Shown here: one piece after another, positions 29,856-40,008 of the stretch | How the letters are laid out: each line of letters starts with the position of its first letter | How positions within the stretch are numbered: position 1 is the first letter of the stretch | Assembly: GCA_963753345.1 (NCBI GenBank) | Contig: CAVWBU010000026.1 | Location: 1 to 64,000, forward strand | Direction of reading: 5' to 3' | DNA length: 64,000 nt | Source of the DNA: an uncultured Fibrobacterota bacterium | GTDB taxonomy: Bacteria; Fibrobacterota; Chitinivibrionia; Chitinivibrionales; FEN-1185 | Translations under genes and position numbers: made by a program | Notes under the pieces: model-generated | Database searches by the model: none | Seen by the model: the letters and a program-made list of their open reading frames with translations, nothing else | Told to the model about the DNA's origin: nothing

Positions 29856-31358
29856 ATGAACAAACTTCGTATCGCGCTTGCCGGCGCGTTCGTCGCTGTC
29901 GCTATGCTGGGCTTGGCCGGATGTGCGGGCATGAAGAAGCAGAGCCAGGAGTTTACCGTTCTCATCAGGATGATGCCTGCACAGCAGCGCTTCTTTGAGC
30001 AAGAGATCGTCGCGAAGTTCAACAAGGAGCACAATTGCAAAATTTCGGTCGCGACCTTCATGAACCAGATGGACATCGAGAAGTTCCTCAAGCTCGACGC
30101 GGGCAAAGCACACCCTGAAATCGGGCTCGTCAAGACGCCGTTCGAAGCGACGCGCGTGCTCGTGTACAAGGGATACATGATGCCGCTTACCGCGGCGGAG
30201 GATTCGATGCAGGTGATGCAGGACCTCGCCGAGTACCACCAGCTCGCCGCGGGCCTGGGGTACGTGAACGGCCAGGCCTACTACATCCCGCGCAAGCTCG
30301 AAACGCGCGTCCTGTTCTACAGGAAGTCAATGGTGGCCGACGCGGTTTCAAAATTTGACAAATACAAGAAGCAGATCAACGATGACCTCAAGAAGCAGAA
30401 CGGTTTCGGGCTTCCCAAGGATTACGCTTTGGAAAGCGATCCATCGCAATGGGACATTTACGACCTGTTCGTGGTGGGATACATCTGGTCCAAAGAGGAG
30501 TACAACGGCGTGAAGATGCCCCGGCTGGCCCACCGCGGCGCCAAGTACGAAGGAACCGCGCTCGACCTTGTGGACCGTGCCCTGCAGCTTGGCGCGACCT
30601 CACAGGACATTCTCACCTTCGGTGACAAGACGGCCGAGACGTTCCTCTGGGAAAACGTGTTTATTCGCAACGGCCTCTACAATCCCGGCATGTGGCAGGA
30701 CCCGTGGCGCGGTTCCGATTTGTACAACGCCATCAAGGATGGCAAGGTGTTCTGCACCTACCTCCAGCAGATCGACTGCTTCAATGTGCACGGCTGGGCC
30801 GACGATCCCGGCATGCCGAGCTACATGCCGGATGTCAAGGACATGGGCCTGAGCGTCGTGCCCAAGGCAGTATCGTTCGAGCTTGATGCCCAGGGCAAAC
30901 CCGTGATCGAAGGGACGCGCATGATTTCAACCGGCGGATGGTGGTGGGGAATACCCAAGACCAGCCCCAATGCCAAGCTTGCCTACGAGTTCGCGCGCTT
31001 CGTCACCAACCACGACAACCATGCCAAGGAATGCTCCAAGTTCGGCATGATTCCCGTGCGCAAGGATCTTTTGCTCAACCTTCCCAGCGTGTTCGACGAG
31101 GGATGGGTGGGCGAAATTTTCAAGACCTCGGTGGACCAGATCAACCTCAACATGACCAACAACCAGCTCGCCACGGTCCCGCTCGTCAAGGGTTATCCCC
31201 AGGTGGCGCAGATCCTTGTTGACGCCTGGGACAAGCTCTGCGTGGGCTACAACGAGAAGAAGGAGGGGAAAATCGACGCGGCGGCCATGAAGCAGAAACT
31301 TGCGAACGATTTCGGCGCCAAGGAAAAGGCCGTTCTTGGCGCAGAGTATCCGAAGTAG
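29856..31358 (+). CDS. ABC transporter extracellular solute-binding lipoprotein (carbohydrate-type)
   Basis: Lipobox LAGC, YYIP....VLFYRK, GGWWWGIPK.S.N..LAYEF; upstream of permeases. Confidence 0.85.
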   Translation: MNKLRIALAGAFVAVAMLGLAGCAGMKKQSQEFTVLIRMMPAQQRFFEQEIVAKFNKEHNCKISVATFMNQMDIEKFLKLDAGKAHPEIGLVKTPFEATRVLVYKGYMMPLTAAEDSMQVMQDLAEYHQLAAGLGYVNGQAYYIPRKLETRVLFYRKSMVADAVSKFDKYKKQINDDLKKQNGFGLPKDYALESDPSQWDIYDLFVVGYIWSKEEYNGVKMPRLAHRGAKYEGTALDLVDRALQLGATSQDILTFGDKTAETFLWENVFIRNGLYNPGMWQDPWRGSDLYNAIKDGKVFCTYLQQIDCFNVHGWADDPGMPSYMPDVKDMGLSVVPKAVSFELDAQGKPVIEGTRMISTGGWWWGIPKTSPNAKLAYEFARFVTNHDNHAKECSKFGMIPVRKDLLLNLPSVFDEGWVGEIFKTSVDQINLNMTNNQLATVPLVKGYPQVAQILVDAWDKLCVGYNEKKEGKIDAAAMKQKLANDFGAKEKAVLGAEYPK

Positions 31359-31370
31359 CCCCGTGAGCGA

Positions 31371-32270
31371 ATGAGCGAGGCATGGCGAAAAGTCAAACAA
31401 TATAGAATCCACGAGATATGGCCGCTTCTCCCCGCAGCGGTCTATCTCGTGGGCTTTTTGACCATTGTCGGCATCTACCTTCTGGGACTCACCTTCTCGT
31501 TTGAAAAGAACGGGGTCACCGCTTTTCCCACCCTGCGGACCATATCGGCGGTGTTTTCCAATCCGGAATTCCGGCGCGCCCTTCTCGACACCACGGTGTT
31601 TACGGCAGTGGGCACGCCGCTGGAGCTGGCGGTGGGCCTCTTCCTCGCCCTTATCCTGTACCAGCAGTTCAGGTTCAGAAATTTCATTCGCAGCATGTTT
31701 CTGATTCCGCTGGCGATTCCCGCCCTTGTCACGGCCACCCTGCTCTTCATTCTGTTCGATTATCCGGGCGGCCATATCAACCATTTGTTAATGGGCAAGT
31801 ACGGCTTTTTCCCGGCCCTTATTCACGTGCCGGTGAACTGGCGCGGTTCCGAAGTCCTCGCGCTCGGCATTTCGATGCTGGGAAAAGTGTGGAGGGACAT
31901 GCCCATTTCCATGCTGATCCTTCTCTCCGGACTGAGCGCGATCGATCCCGAGCTGTTCGACGCGGCGCGCACCATGGGCGCCGGCCTGCGGACGCGGCTA
32001 TGGCGTGTGGTGCTTCCGCTCATGATTCCATCGATATCGGCGGTCGTTCTGCTCCGTTCCATAGAAATGTGGAAGGAATTCATTTTCCCGTTTGTCCTTG
32101 CCGGGAAGTATGCGCTGCTCGGCACGCTCATCGAATCCATGTACAACGACTGGGGAAACTCCGGCGGCGCCGCCGCGGTCGCTCTCGTGCTGGTGCTCTG
32201 CATCGTGGTGACGACGTTTGTGTTCCTTTCCATAATGGAAATCCTGAGAAAGACGCTGGTGCGAACGTGA
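31371..32270 (+). CDS. Carbohydrate ABC permease (MalF-type)
   Basis: Multi-TM, ELFDAARTMGA EAA loop. Confidence 0.92.
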   Translation: MSEAWRKVKQYRIHEIWPLLPAAVYLVGFLTIVGIYLLGLTFSFEKNGVTAFPTLRTISAVFSNPEFRRALLDTTVFTAVGTPLELAVGLFLALILYQQFRFRNFIRSMFLIPLAIPALVTATLLFILFDYPGGHINHLLMGKYGFFPALIHVPVNWRGSEVLALGISMLGKVWRDMPISMLILLSGLSAIDPELFDAARTMGAGLRTRLWRVVLPLMIPSISAVVLLRSIEMWKEFIFPFVLAGKYALLGTLIESMYNDWGNSGGAAAVALVLVLCIVVTTFVFLSIMEILRKTLVRT

Positions 32271-33124
32271 AAAATTCTGTGGCCGCAAGATCGGTTACTC
32301 TCAACCAGGTGAAGACCGTCCTGTGGGCCTACAGCCTTGCTGCGGCGGTGCTCCTCGTTGCGGGGCCGGTGTATTTGCTTGTCAAGTACTCCATCAGCGA
32401 CACCGCGAGCATCAACACCGGCGGCGCGCCCATTCCGCTGTGGCCCTATCACCCGACGCTCCGGTGCTTTACGTACCTCTTTTCCGATTCGCATTTCTAC
32501 GGCGTCATCTCAAACAGCCTGGTTATCGCCGTGTGCACCGTGGGGCTGTCGATGCTTCTCGGCACCCCGGCGGCTTACGTTCTCGGCCGGTATCGCGTGC
32601 CCGGCAGGCGGCTGCTTCTGCTCGGGCTTATATCGGTACGGCTGTTCCCCGACATTTCATCGGTGATCCCGATCACGGAGTTCTTTATCCGCCTCAGGCT
32701 GCAGAACACCTATGCCGGGGTGATACTCGCCCACACGCTGCTTGCCCTGCCGTACGTTATTTTCATCGGGATGAGCGCGTTTGAATCGATACCGGCCGAC
32801 CTTGATCAGCAGGCAAGGGTGATGGGCGCGGGCGGATTCTCGGTGTTCTTCCGGATACTTCTTCCGCTGGCCGTTCCGGGGCTCGCCGCGGCCGCTATTT
32901 ACACATTCCTGCTCTCGTGGGACGAATTCATCTTTGCATATTTTATTCTGGGACTGGGCAAGATTTCAACGCTCACCCTGTTCCTCAAGCAGAAGCTGGC
33001 TTTTTCGCCGCCGCAGAACCTGCTGGCCGCGATATCCGTTCTTCTCAGCCTGCCGGTCATCGTGTTTTCGCTCATGCTGCAGAAATACATAACCACCGGC
33101 ATCACCACGGGAAGCGTGAAGTAG
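32267..33124 (+). CDS. Carbohydrate ABC permease (MalG-type)
   Basis: GTG start overlapping previous stop; SIPADLDQQARVMGA, FLLSWDEF. Confidence 0.9.
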   Translation: MKNSVAARSVTLNQVKTVLWAYSLAAAVLLVAGPVYLLVKYSISDTASINTGGAPIPLWPYHPTLRCFTYLFSDSHFYGVISNSLVIAVCTVGLSMLLGTPAAYVLGRYRVPGRRLLLLGLISVRLFPDISSVIPITEFFIRLRLQNTYAGVILAHTLLALPYVIFIGMSAFESIPADLDQQARVMGAGGFSVFFRILLPLAVPGLAAAAIYTFLLSWDEFIFAYFILGLGKISTLTLFLKQKLAFSPPQNLLAAISVLLSLPVIVFSLMLQKYITTGITTGSVK

Positions 33125-33131
33125 GGGAACC

Positions 33132-34241
33132 ATGGCGGAAGTACTCCTGAACAGCATTTCCAAGCGTCTCGGCGCGAGCCAGATCATCGACGGACTTTCC
33201 CTCGATGTCAAGGACGGCGAATTTGTGACGCTTCTGGGTCCGTCCGGATGCGGCAAGACCACTCTTCTCAAGATGATAGCCGGGCTCGAGACCATTGACA
33301 AAGGGGACCTCTTTGTCGGCGGGAAGCGGTACAACGACCTGCCGGCGCAGGACCGGAAGCTGGCAATGGTCTTTCAGAGCTACGCGCTGTTCCCGCACAT
33401 GAACGTCAGGCAGAACATCCGGTTCGGCCTTTCCGTCAGCAAGGCGCCCGCGGAAACGATCCGCCGGAAACTTGCCTGGGCAGTCGACATGTTCGGGCTT
33501 TCGGGGCTGGAGGAGCGGCTGCCGCGGGAGATTTCGGGCGGCCAGCGCCAGCGCGTCGCGCTCGCGCGCGCGCTTGTGCTTGATCCCGACGTGCTTCTGC
33601 TCGACGAGCCCCTGAGCAACCTTGACGCGGCGCTGCGCGAGACCGCCATGGAAGAGCTCAAGAGAATCCATGTTCAGGTGGGAAAGACAATTATCTATGT
33701 GACGCATAATCAGGTTGAGGCGATGACGATGAGCGAGCGCATCGCGGTCCTGTCGGCCGGAAGGCTCGAACAGTACGACACGCCGCGCATGGTGTACGAT
33801 GCGCCGGCAACGCGGTTCTCCGCCTCGTTCATCGGAAGCCCGGCCATGAACTTCCTCGACGGCACGGTGGAGGTGCATGGCGACGACGCCGGCGTGGCCA
33901 CGCCAATCGGATTTGTCAAGCTCGACAAAGACCGTTTCGAGCGCATGCAGGCAATGGCGGGCCGGAAGGTCCTGGCGGGGATTCGGCCGCAGAACATCGC
34001 CTATGCCGAACACCACGAGTCCAAACGGTATTCCGACACAACGCTCCGCGTCTCGGTGGAGCTCATCGAAACGCTCGGCGACCGGAGCCTCGTGGTTTCG
34101 CGCGGCGAGAACGGCACGGCGCTGCGGTTCCTGATAACGCGGGACATCGCCATCGAGCCGCAGGAAATGGTGGAGGTGTTCGTCGACGGAAGGCGCGTAC
34201 ATCTTTTTGATCCCGAAACAAACAGGAACGTTTTTTTTTAA
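33132..34241 (+). CDS. ABC ATPase, MalK/UgpC family
   Basis: GPSGCGKTT, ISGGQRQRVALAR, LLDEPLSNLD, FIGSPAMN. Confidence 0.96.
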   Translation: MAEVLLNSISKRLGASQIIDGLSLDVKDGEFVTLLGPSGCGKTTLLKMIAGLETIDKGDLFVGGKRYNDLPAQDRKLAMVFQSYALFPHMNVRQNIRFGLSVSKAPAETIRRKLAWAVDMFGLSGLEERLPREISGGQRQRVALARALVLDPDVLLLDEPLSNLDAALRETAMEELKRIHVQVGKTIIYVTHNQVEAMTMSERIAVLSAGRLEQYDTPRMVYDAPATRFSASFIGSPAMNFLDGTVEVHGDDAGVATPIGFVKLDKDRFERMQAMAGRKVLAGIRPQNIAYAEHHESKRYSDTTLRVSVELIETLGDRSLVVSRGENGTALRFLITRDIAIEPQEMVEVFVDGRRVHLFDPETNRNVFF

Positions 34242-34257
34242 GCTCGAGGGAAGGCGC

Positions 34258-34638
34258 GTGAACAAGGGAAGCATTGCGGCCCGGTCCGCCCGTGTCGCGG
34301 TAGTTGCGGTCGCTGCGGCATTCCTGTGCGCCGGATGCGGGGCCGGGGAGCCCGACTCTGTGGTGAGAAAGAAGCTCGATATTATCGTCGCCGCCGATTT
34401 CAAGACCATTGTCGGCGAATTGCCGAAAGAAAGCGTCCGGGACTCGGCATCTTCGCGGATCACGGAGTACGTGGCCCACGAAAAGGGCATCTATAGTGTG
34501 AGGGCCGTGGTCGATTTCTACTATCTGCGCGGCGTGCACATCAAGAGGACCGTCAAATACAGATACGTGAAGAGCGTCCGGAAATGGGAACGCTACGATA
34601 ATGAGTACCGATTCTACTCCGACAGCACGGCACGGTAG
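34258..34638 (+). CDS. Hypothetical lipoprotein
   Basis: GTG start, hydrophobic stretch with CAGC lipobox; operonic position. Confidence 0.65.
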   Translation: MNKGSIAARSARVAVVAVAAAFLCAGCGAGEPDSVVRKKLDIIVAADFKTIVGELPKESVRDSASSRITEYVAHEKGIYSVRAVVDFYYLRGVHIKRTVKYRYVKSVRKWERYDNEYRFYSDSTAR

Positions 34639-35689
34639 GTTTTCCATCGTGCGCGCGGTTGCGGTCCTGGCCGTTTGCGCGGCGCTGTGCCGGGCCGGTA
34701 CGCCGCTTCCCGCGGACATGAACGAACTGATATTCAACAGCATCGACCTTGTTTACAAAGAAAAATTCAAGGTTGCGGAAGATGAGGCGAAAAAAATCGT
34801 TAAAAAATATCCCGACCACCCGGCAGGGTATTTCTTCTGCGCCGCGGCCCTGGAACTCATGATGGACTTCTATGAAACCGACGCGCGGGAGCGGGAATTT
34901 TACGAGTACTGCGACAAAACAATAGACAAAGCGGAAAAGCTGCTGGCCCGCGACCCCCGTGACGACTGGGCGACCTTTTTTCTTGGGGGCGCCAACGGGT
35001 TTATGGGAACCTATGAGGGGCGCTATGAAAAATGGATCACGTCGTTCCGCCACGGCTGGAAGGGCGTCTGCGCGCTCAAGGCATTGCACAAGAAGAACCC
35101 TCAGATCAAGGACGTTCTGTTCGGCCTGGGCCTGTACGACTACTGGCGAAGCGCGCTCACAAAGATTCTCTGGTGGATGCCGGGCATCGAAAACAAGTGC
35201 GAGCAGGGAATCCAGGAGCTCGAACAAGCCAGAAAAGAAGGGCTGTACACGAGCTTCTCCGCCGCTGCGAACCTGATTGCCATTTACAACGGAGAAGGCC
35301 GCTTCAAGGAGGCCCTGGCGCTTGCAGATGAGGTGCTTGCGAAGTATCCCGGGTCGGTCAAGTTCTCATGGGGCAGGGCGGCCGCGCTGTTCGGCGAGTG
35401 CCGTTTCGAGGAATCGGAAACCGTGTACCATTACATCCTTGAGCGCGTGGAGGCGGAGCCGTTCGACAACCACTACAACGCCGTGCTCTGCCATTACTGG
35501 CTCGCAAAAATCTACCTGAAAATGAAGCGGTACACACAAAGCGTCGCCGAATGCAACAGAATGGGATACTACAATCTTGACGATGTGACAAAAGGACGGC
35601 TCGGGAAATTTTATGGAGAAGCGGGAAAGGTGGGAGAGCAGGCGCGAGCGGCGAATATTAAGAATCCGCAGGCGGAGATAGTGCCGTAA
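34601..35689 (+). CDS. Exported TPR protein
   Basis: Signal-like segment; YPDHPAGYF and DVLFGLGLY TPR-like helices. Confidence 0.8.
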   Translation: MSTDSTPTARHGRFSIVRAVAVLAVCAALCRAGTPLPADMNELIFNSIDLVYKEKFKVAEDEAKKIVKKYPDHPAGYFFCAAALELMMDFYETDAREREFYEYCDKTIDKAEKLLARDPRDDWATFFLGGANGFMGTYEGRYEKWITSFRHGWKGVCALKALHKKNPQIKDVLFGLGLYDYWRSALTKILWWMPGIENKCEQGIQELEQARKEGLYTSFSAAANLIAIYNGEGRFKEALALADEVLAKYPGSVKFSWGRAAALFGECRFEESETVYHYILERVEAEPFDNHYNAVLCHYWLAKIYLKMKRYTQSVAECNRMGYYNLDDVTKGRLGKFYGEAGKVGEQARAANIKNPQAEIVP

Positions 35690-35719
35690 AGAGTTGTCTT
35701 AAAAATCAAGATAAGATCT

Positions 35720-35861
35720 GGGCGCCCCGCCGAAGACGGCGGCGGCCCTCCTTCCAGGCTCGGCCGTTCGGCCTCGTTGCCGCCTGCCACAATGCCCTTC
35801 GGGCGTGGTCAGGCGTCAATGCGCTCCAGCGCACCTTCCAGTCCGGCCTGGCGCCGGGCAG
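35720..35861 (+). repeat. Structured intergenic repeat family I, copy A
   Basis: GGGCGCC-hairpin-CGGCCCTCC...GCCTCG...CCTGGCGC; homologous to 43001, 43252 (rc) and 59780. Confidence 0.8.
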
Positions 35862-36049
35862 AGGACCATTGCCGTAACCATACATAGGGCCTTCGCACTG
35901 GTTTCATTCTAATCAATATTGACATGATGAAAAAATGATGCAAGGGGAGGGTGCTTATTGTTATCGGAGATCACGTCTTCCCCCTCAAATAATTTCCCCT
36001 CAATATCCGTAAAAAACTATTTTTAAACTCCTTCAATCGATTCTGCCAT

Positions 36050-36122
<73 letters not shown>

Positions 36123-36380
36123 CTCTCAAAACCCCCAAAGAATTGCCTTTTCAGAGCGGAAAACGGCATTTTGAGGGGTTTTTGCTTTGTTTTGCCAGGC
36201 TCTGCAAATTTCCCCTTTTTGCTCGAAATTACTACGAAACATTACCGTTTTCTCCGTACTGTGAAAACATTTCACACCATATTGGAATTTTGAAGTGGGT
36301 GTGGCCACGAGCGCGCAGCCCCGTGAGTATTTGGAAAACAAAGGTGGAGGTTATATATTCTTATTTTGAAAGGAGAAGCC

Positions 36381-37047
36381 ATGCCCGACAAATTGCCAGA
36401 GGAAACAATTGAAAGTAGAATTCACGTTCTACGGGGGAAAAAGGTGATGATCGACCGTGACCTTGCAGCATTGTATCAAGTCGAAACCGCGCAATTGAAA
36501 AGAGCGGTGCGCCGCAACATCGACCGTTTTCCCGAAGATTTCATGTTTGAATGCCACAGCCCGCGCGATCCCCGCGACTTGGCGCGGGGGTTAGCGGGCG
36601 AATTACAAGTATCTTTTCCTTAGGCATGGAAGAATCCCCGCCACTTGGGGCGGGGTTCTTCAATTGAGCAAGGATGAACTTGAAAGCTTGAGATGCCAAT
36701 TTGGCATCTCAAGTTGGGGCGGTGAAAGATATCTGCCATTTGCCTTTACTGAACAAGGCGTAGCCATGCTTTCAACTGTTCTCAATTCAAAACGCGCGAT
36801 TCTAGTGAATATTCAGATCATGCGCGCCTTTGTGCGAATACGAAACCTTGTGGCCGATAATTCGGAAGTACGAAAAGCCATTGTGAATATCGAAAAGCGG
36901 TTGAATGTCCATGACCGGCAAATACAGATTGCCTTTGACGCGCTGAAAAGCCTTTTGCAGCCGAAACCGGTGTCGCAGATTGCACCAGTGAAGGAATATT
37001 CACCGGATGATGGGAAGAAGATGGGGTTCGGGAAGGACAAGAAGTAA
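36381..37047 (+). pseudogene. ORF6N-domain DNA-binding protein gene interrupted by a 112-bp insertion
   Basis: RGKKVMIDRDLAALYQVET..LKRAVRRNIDRFPEDFMFE | LSKDE...LPFAFTEQGVAMLSTVLNS; removing 36552-36663 restores a 184-aa ORF. Confidence 0.9.
36552..36663 (+). mobile_element. Non-autonomous two-hairpin element (MITE/PATE-like), copy 1
   Basis: Precise interruption of the ORF6N gene; hairpins CCCCGCG-ACTTGG-CGCGGGG and CCCCGCC-ACTTGG-GGCGGGG; ends TTCAA. Confidence 0.85.
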
Positions 37048-37173
37048 CTGGTGAATTTTGGGCGGGGAAATGAAAAAATGTATGTTGGAAACAAACTCAG
37101 AGCAGACGTTTTCACAAAGACAGATTGCAGGCCCTTGGAGGCAAGGAAAACATAGGAATTCTTTGTAAGTAAT

Positions 37174-37983
37174 ATGGGCAGTCTTGTAAACAAATATATC
37201 AACGTCTTCACCCGCAAGTATTCCGCGCTTGGTAAGAAGATTGTCGCGGAATTGCAAGTTGCTTTGGAAGATGCATACGTTGGCGACATGAAGCGGATCG
37301 TGGATGGTATTTGGACAAAGTACGACGTGCCGGAACAATACCAGAACCTTCTTCTTTCCGGTATAGCAGGAAAGTTAAGAACAACGAATTTACAGAAGAA
37401 GACCGCCGAAACAACGCCTGATTTGTACATCATTGAAGGTCCGACGATGCGACTAGATATTAAGAAGTTAGAGTGGTGTATAAGTCAAGGTATGGATAAT
37501 GAATATATTAGAAAAGCAATCAGAGAAAAGGAAAAGATTGACAAGTATGAAGCTGCGGATGCAATAATGAAAGATGAACTAGAGGCTTTACGCAATTCAG
37601 GGAATCAAACAAGTCCCGAATATAAGAAATACAATATTTTGAGAAGTGATGACCCACAAACCAGAGCAAACAAGAAGGCGCAAAGGGAAAAGATATGGGC
37701 GGAATATTTCAGAAAAAAAGGCGAAATTCAATCCAAAAACGGCGATGCCCATTCACGCGCATATGGCGAAAAGTTTTTTGGTGACCTTGACGCCGATGAG
37801 GATGCAACCGGATGGGAGTGGATGTTATCAGGCGGAGGAGTCGGAGAGGTTCATTGCGAAATTTGCAAACAGAATGCCGGAATATATGCTAAAGGTCATG
37901 GCCCAAAGTTTCCCGCTCACGTCGGATGCACCTGTCTTCTTGGGCCTGTATATCGAATGCCAGAAAGCACCCTGCGACAATAA
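37174..37983 (+). CDS. Hypothetical protein with MuF/SPP1-gp7-like (phage head morphogenesis) C-terminal motif
   Basis: WEW......HCEICK..AGIY......FPAHVGCTC matches the CxxC...PxHxxCxC signature. Confidence 0.6.
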   Translation: MGSLVNKYINVFTRKYSALGKKIVAELQVALEDAYVGDMKRIVDGIWTKYDVPEQYQNLLLSGIAGKLRTTNLQKKTAETTPDLYIIEGPTMRLDIKKLEWCISQGMDNEYIRKAIREKEKIDKYEAADAIMKDELEALRNSGNQTSPEYKKYNILRSDDPQTRANKKAQREKIWAEYFRKKGEIQSKNGDAHSRAYGEKFFGDLDADEDATGWEWMLSGGGVGEVHCEICKQNAGIYAKGHGPKFPAHVGCTCLLGPVYRMPESTLRQ

Positions 37984-38278
37984 GACGCGTTTGATGCTGC
38001 TGGCCGCGGTTTGTTTGCCATAGCGGCTCTTTTCAAATACTATTTTTGATACGATATTTGACAATAGGGGAATTGGGTAGCACCCGAAAACCGGTTTCCG
38101 CAGCGGTTTTCCAGATTTCGACTCTTGCGGAACAACGAGCGGAGGTTGTAGTGTGGATTGGGATTTGTCTTCTGTCAAACCGTAGGTCCCCGGTTCGAGT
38201 CCGGGTCTCGGCTCTCCTTAAAAACGCCTTATTCAAATGTGTTTTGAAAGCGAAACGCGCCGAACATCGGCCGCCGTT

Positions 38279-40008
38279 TTACCGCAGATTCTCCACCACG
38301 ACCCGCCTGGGCGTCCCGGAATTTCGGTCCACAATGTAAACGCCTTTCGGCAAAGCCATGCTTCTGAGGTCGGCGGTTGAGGAAATCTCACCAAGAAACT
38401 TGCCGGCAATCGAATAGATCTTGCCCGCCGCCACTCTGTCCGTTACCGACGCCGGCAGTGACCTGAACGGGTTCTTCGCCGCAAGCTGGGAACAGGACTG
38501 GGCGTTGGTGATCGTCACCGGAATGTCTGCGCTTATCAACTGCCCGCTCTGGGCCGATGTCGCTTTCAGCGTCACTTGTTCAGGCTGTTGCACAGTTTTG
38601 AAAATGGCACGGTTTTAGTGATGACATTGCCCAGCGGATCAGCGGTAAAGTTGGAATCGAGCACGACCACGGTCTGCGATCCGCCGAACGAAAGCGACAC
38701 GTTGTCCTGCTGGTTGGGCGCGGTGAAGAACAGCTCCGCCGTGACGGTCACCCCGGCGTCGGTGGTTGCGTTGTAGCTCGTCTTGTCGGTCTTGAAATTG
38801 CATACCACATCCTGGGTGGCATGCGTCACGCTGTCGATCTTGACCGTGGGAACATAGTATTCTTTCCACGCCTTCTGCTGGCCCGCGCCGATGGTGGCGG
38901 CCGAAAAGAACATCTTCGAAACGCCCGCCCATAGTTCTATGAACGGAAGGTAGGTGTTGGTGTTGCTGCTGGTGTCGGCGTTGACGCTCTGCGAATAGCC
39001 CCATGTCCACATCTTGTTACCGATGGTCTGGTCGTTATTTGAAACGCGGATGATTCCTTCGCGGTTGTCGTGATTGATAACGCCCCAGAACGTGTTGAGC
39101 GGCGTTATTGAGTCGGGCCAGGCATACACAATGCCCATGTCCGGCCAGTTCTTATACCACCTGAGTTTGTTGAAAATAAAGACATCGCCGCCGACATTCT
39201 GTTCCTGGCCCCGGCATGCGCCATACTCTCCCGGGATGTCGCAGTTCTTGACTGCCGAAATTATTTCCGCGCCCGCGGTGCAGCGCGCATTGCCCTGGAC
39301 GGAACCCGGCGCCAGTTCACCGCAGGTCCAGTACTCGAAATTTTTTGACTGAGCCGCCGGGTTGTTGAGCAGCACGCCGATGTCGATATAATTCTTTCCG
39401 GATATGATGGAAATGGTGAAGGTGCATTCGATGCCCGTGGCGCCATAAGCGAATTTACCCGGCCTGCCGGCGAAATTAACCGTGTCCTTCTGGCTCAGCG
39501 ATATGCTGACCGTGTCCGCGGTTTGCTTGACAATCTGGCACAGCCACGGCCTCAGCCAGAATTTCCCGTGTTCAGGCTCGGAAAACGTGGGAAAGATTCC
39601 CCCGTATCCCATGACCCAGTTGTAATAAAAATTCCCCTGGTTTATGCCGAAAGGAATGCCGCACGGGAAGGTGTACAACTGCTGATGGTTGGTGGGCTTG
39701 TAGATCATCGAAATGATGCGGCCGCCGAATTCAGGCACGACCATGATCTTGAGGAATTCATTGTCGATGACTTTGCAGTCGAACGTTCTTGCCACCCTGG
39801 TGTTGGCCTGAGCCGATATCATCCCGTAGTCCGCGCCGATGGTGTAACTGTTGGAATGAAAGGTCGTGGTCGAATCGATCATCGTGACGGCGGAAAAAAC
39901 CGGCATGCCGGCTGCAAGTGCGCACAGACAGCAGAAGCGCACATAATCGCGTAATCGAATCCGTCGAAAAAACCCTGTATATTTCATACATCCCTTCCCA
40001 GTGCTCAA
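38279..40008 (-). CDS. Paralog of the 7489 DUF5107-like secreted protein; apparent 1-nt deletion near 38576 separates the C-terminal tail
   Basis: Collinear, highly similar translation (IDNEFLKIMVVPEFGGRI...; tail KIYSIAGK...LPKGVYIV). Confidence 0.8.

Noticed and set aside
38177-38216. Second tRNA-Thr
   Set aside because: Only the 3' half is present; interpreted as attR
38279-40008. Diversity-generating retroelement TR/VR between the paralog pairs (also 56712/57241)
   Set aside because: Differences are not adenine-specific and no reverse transcriptase is present in the window
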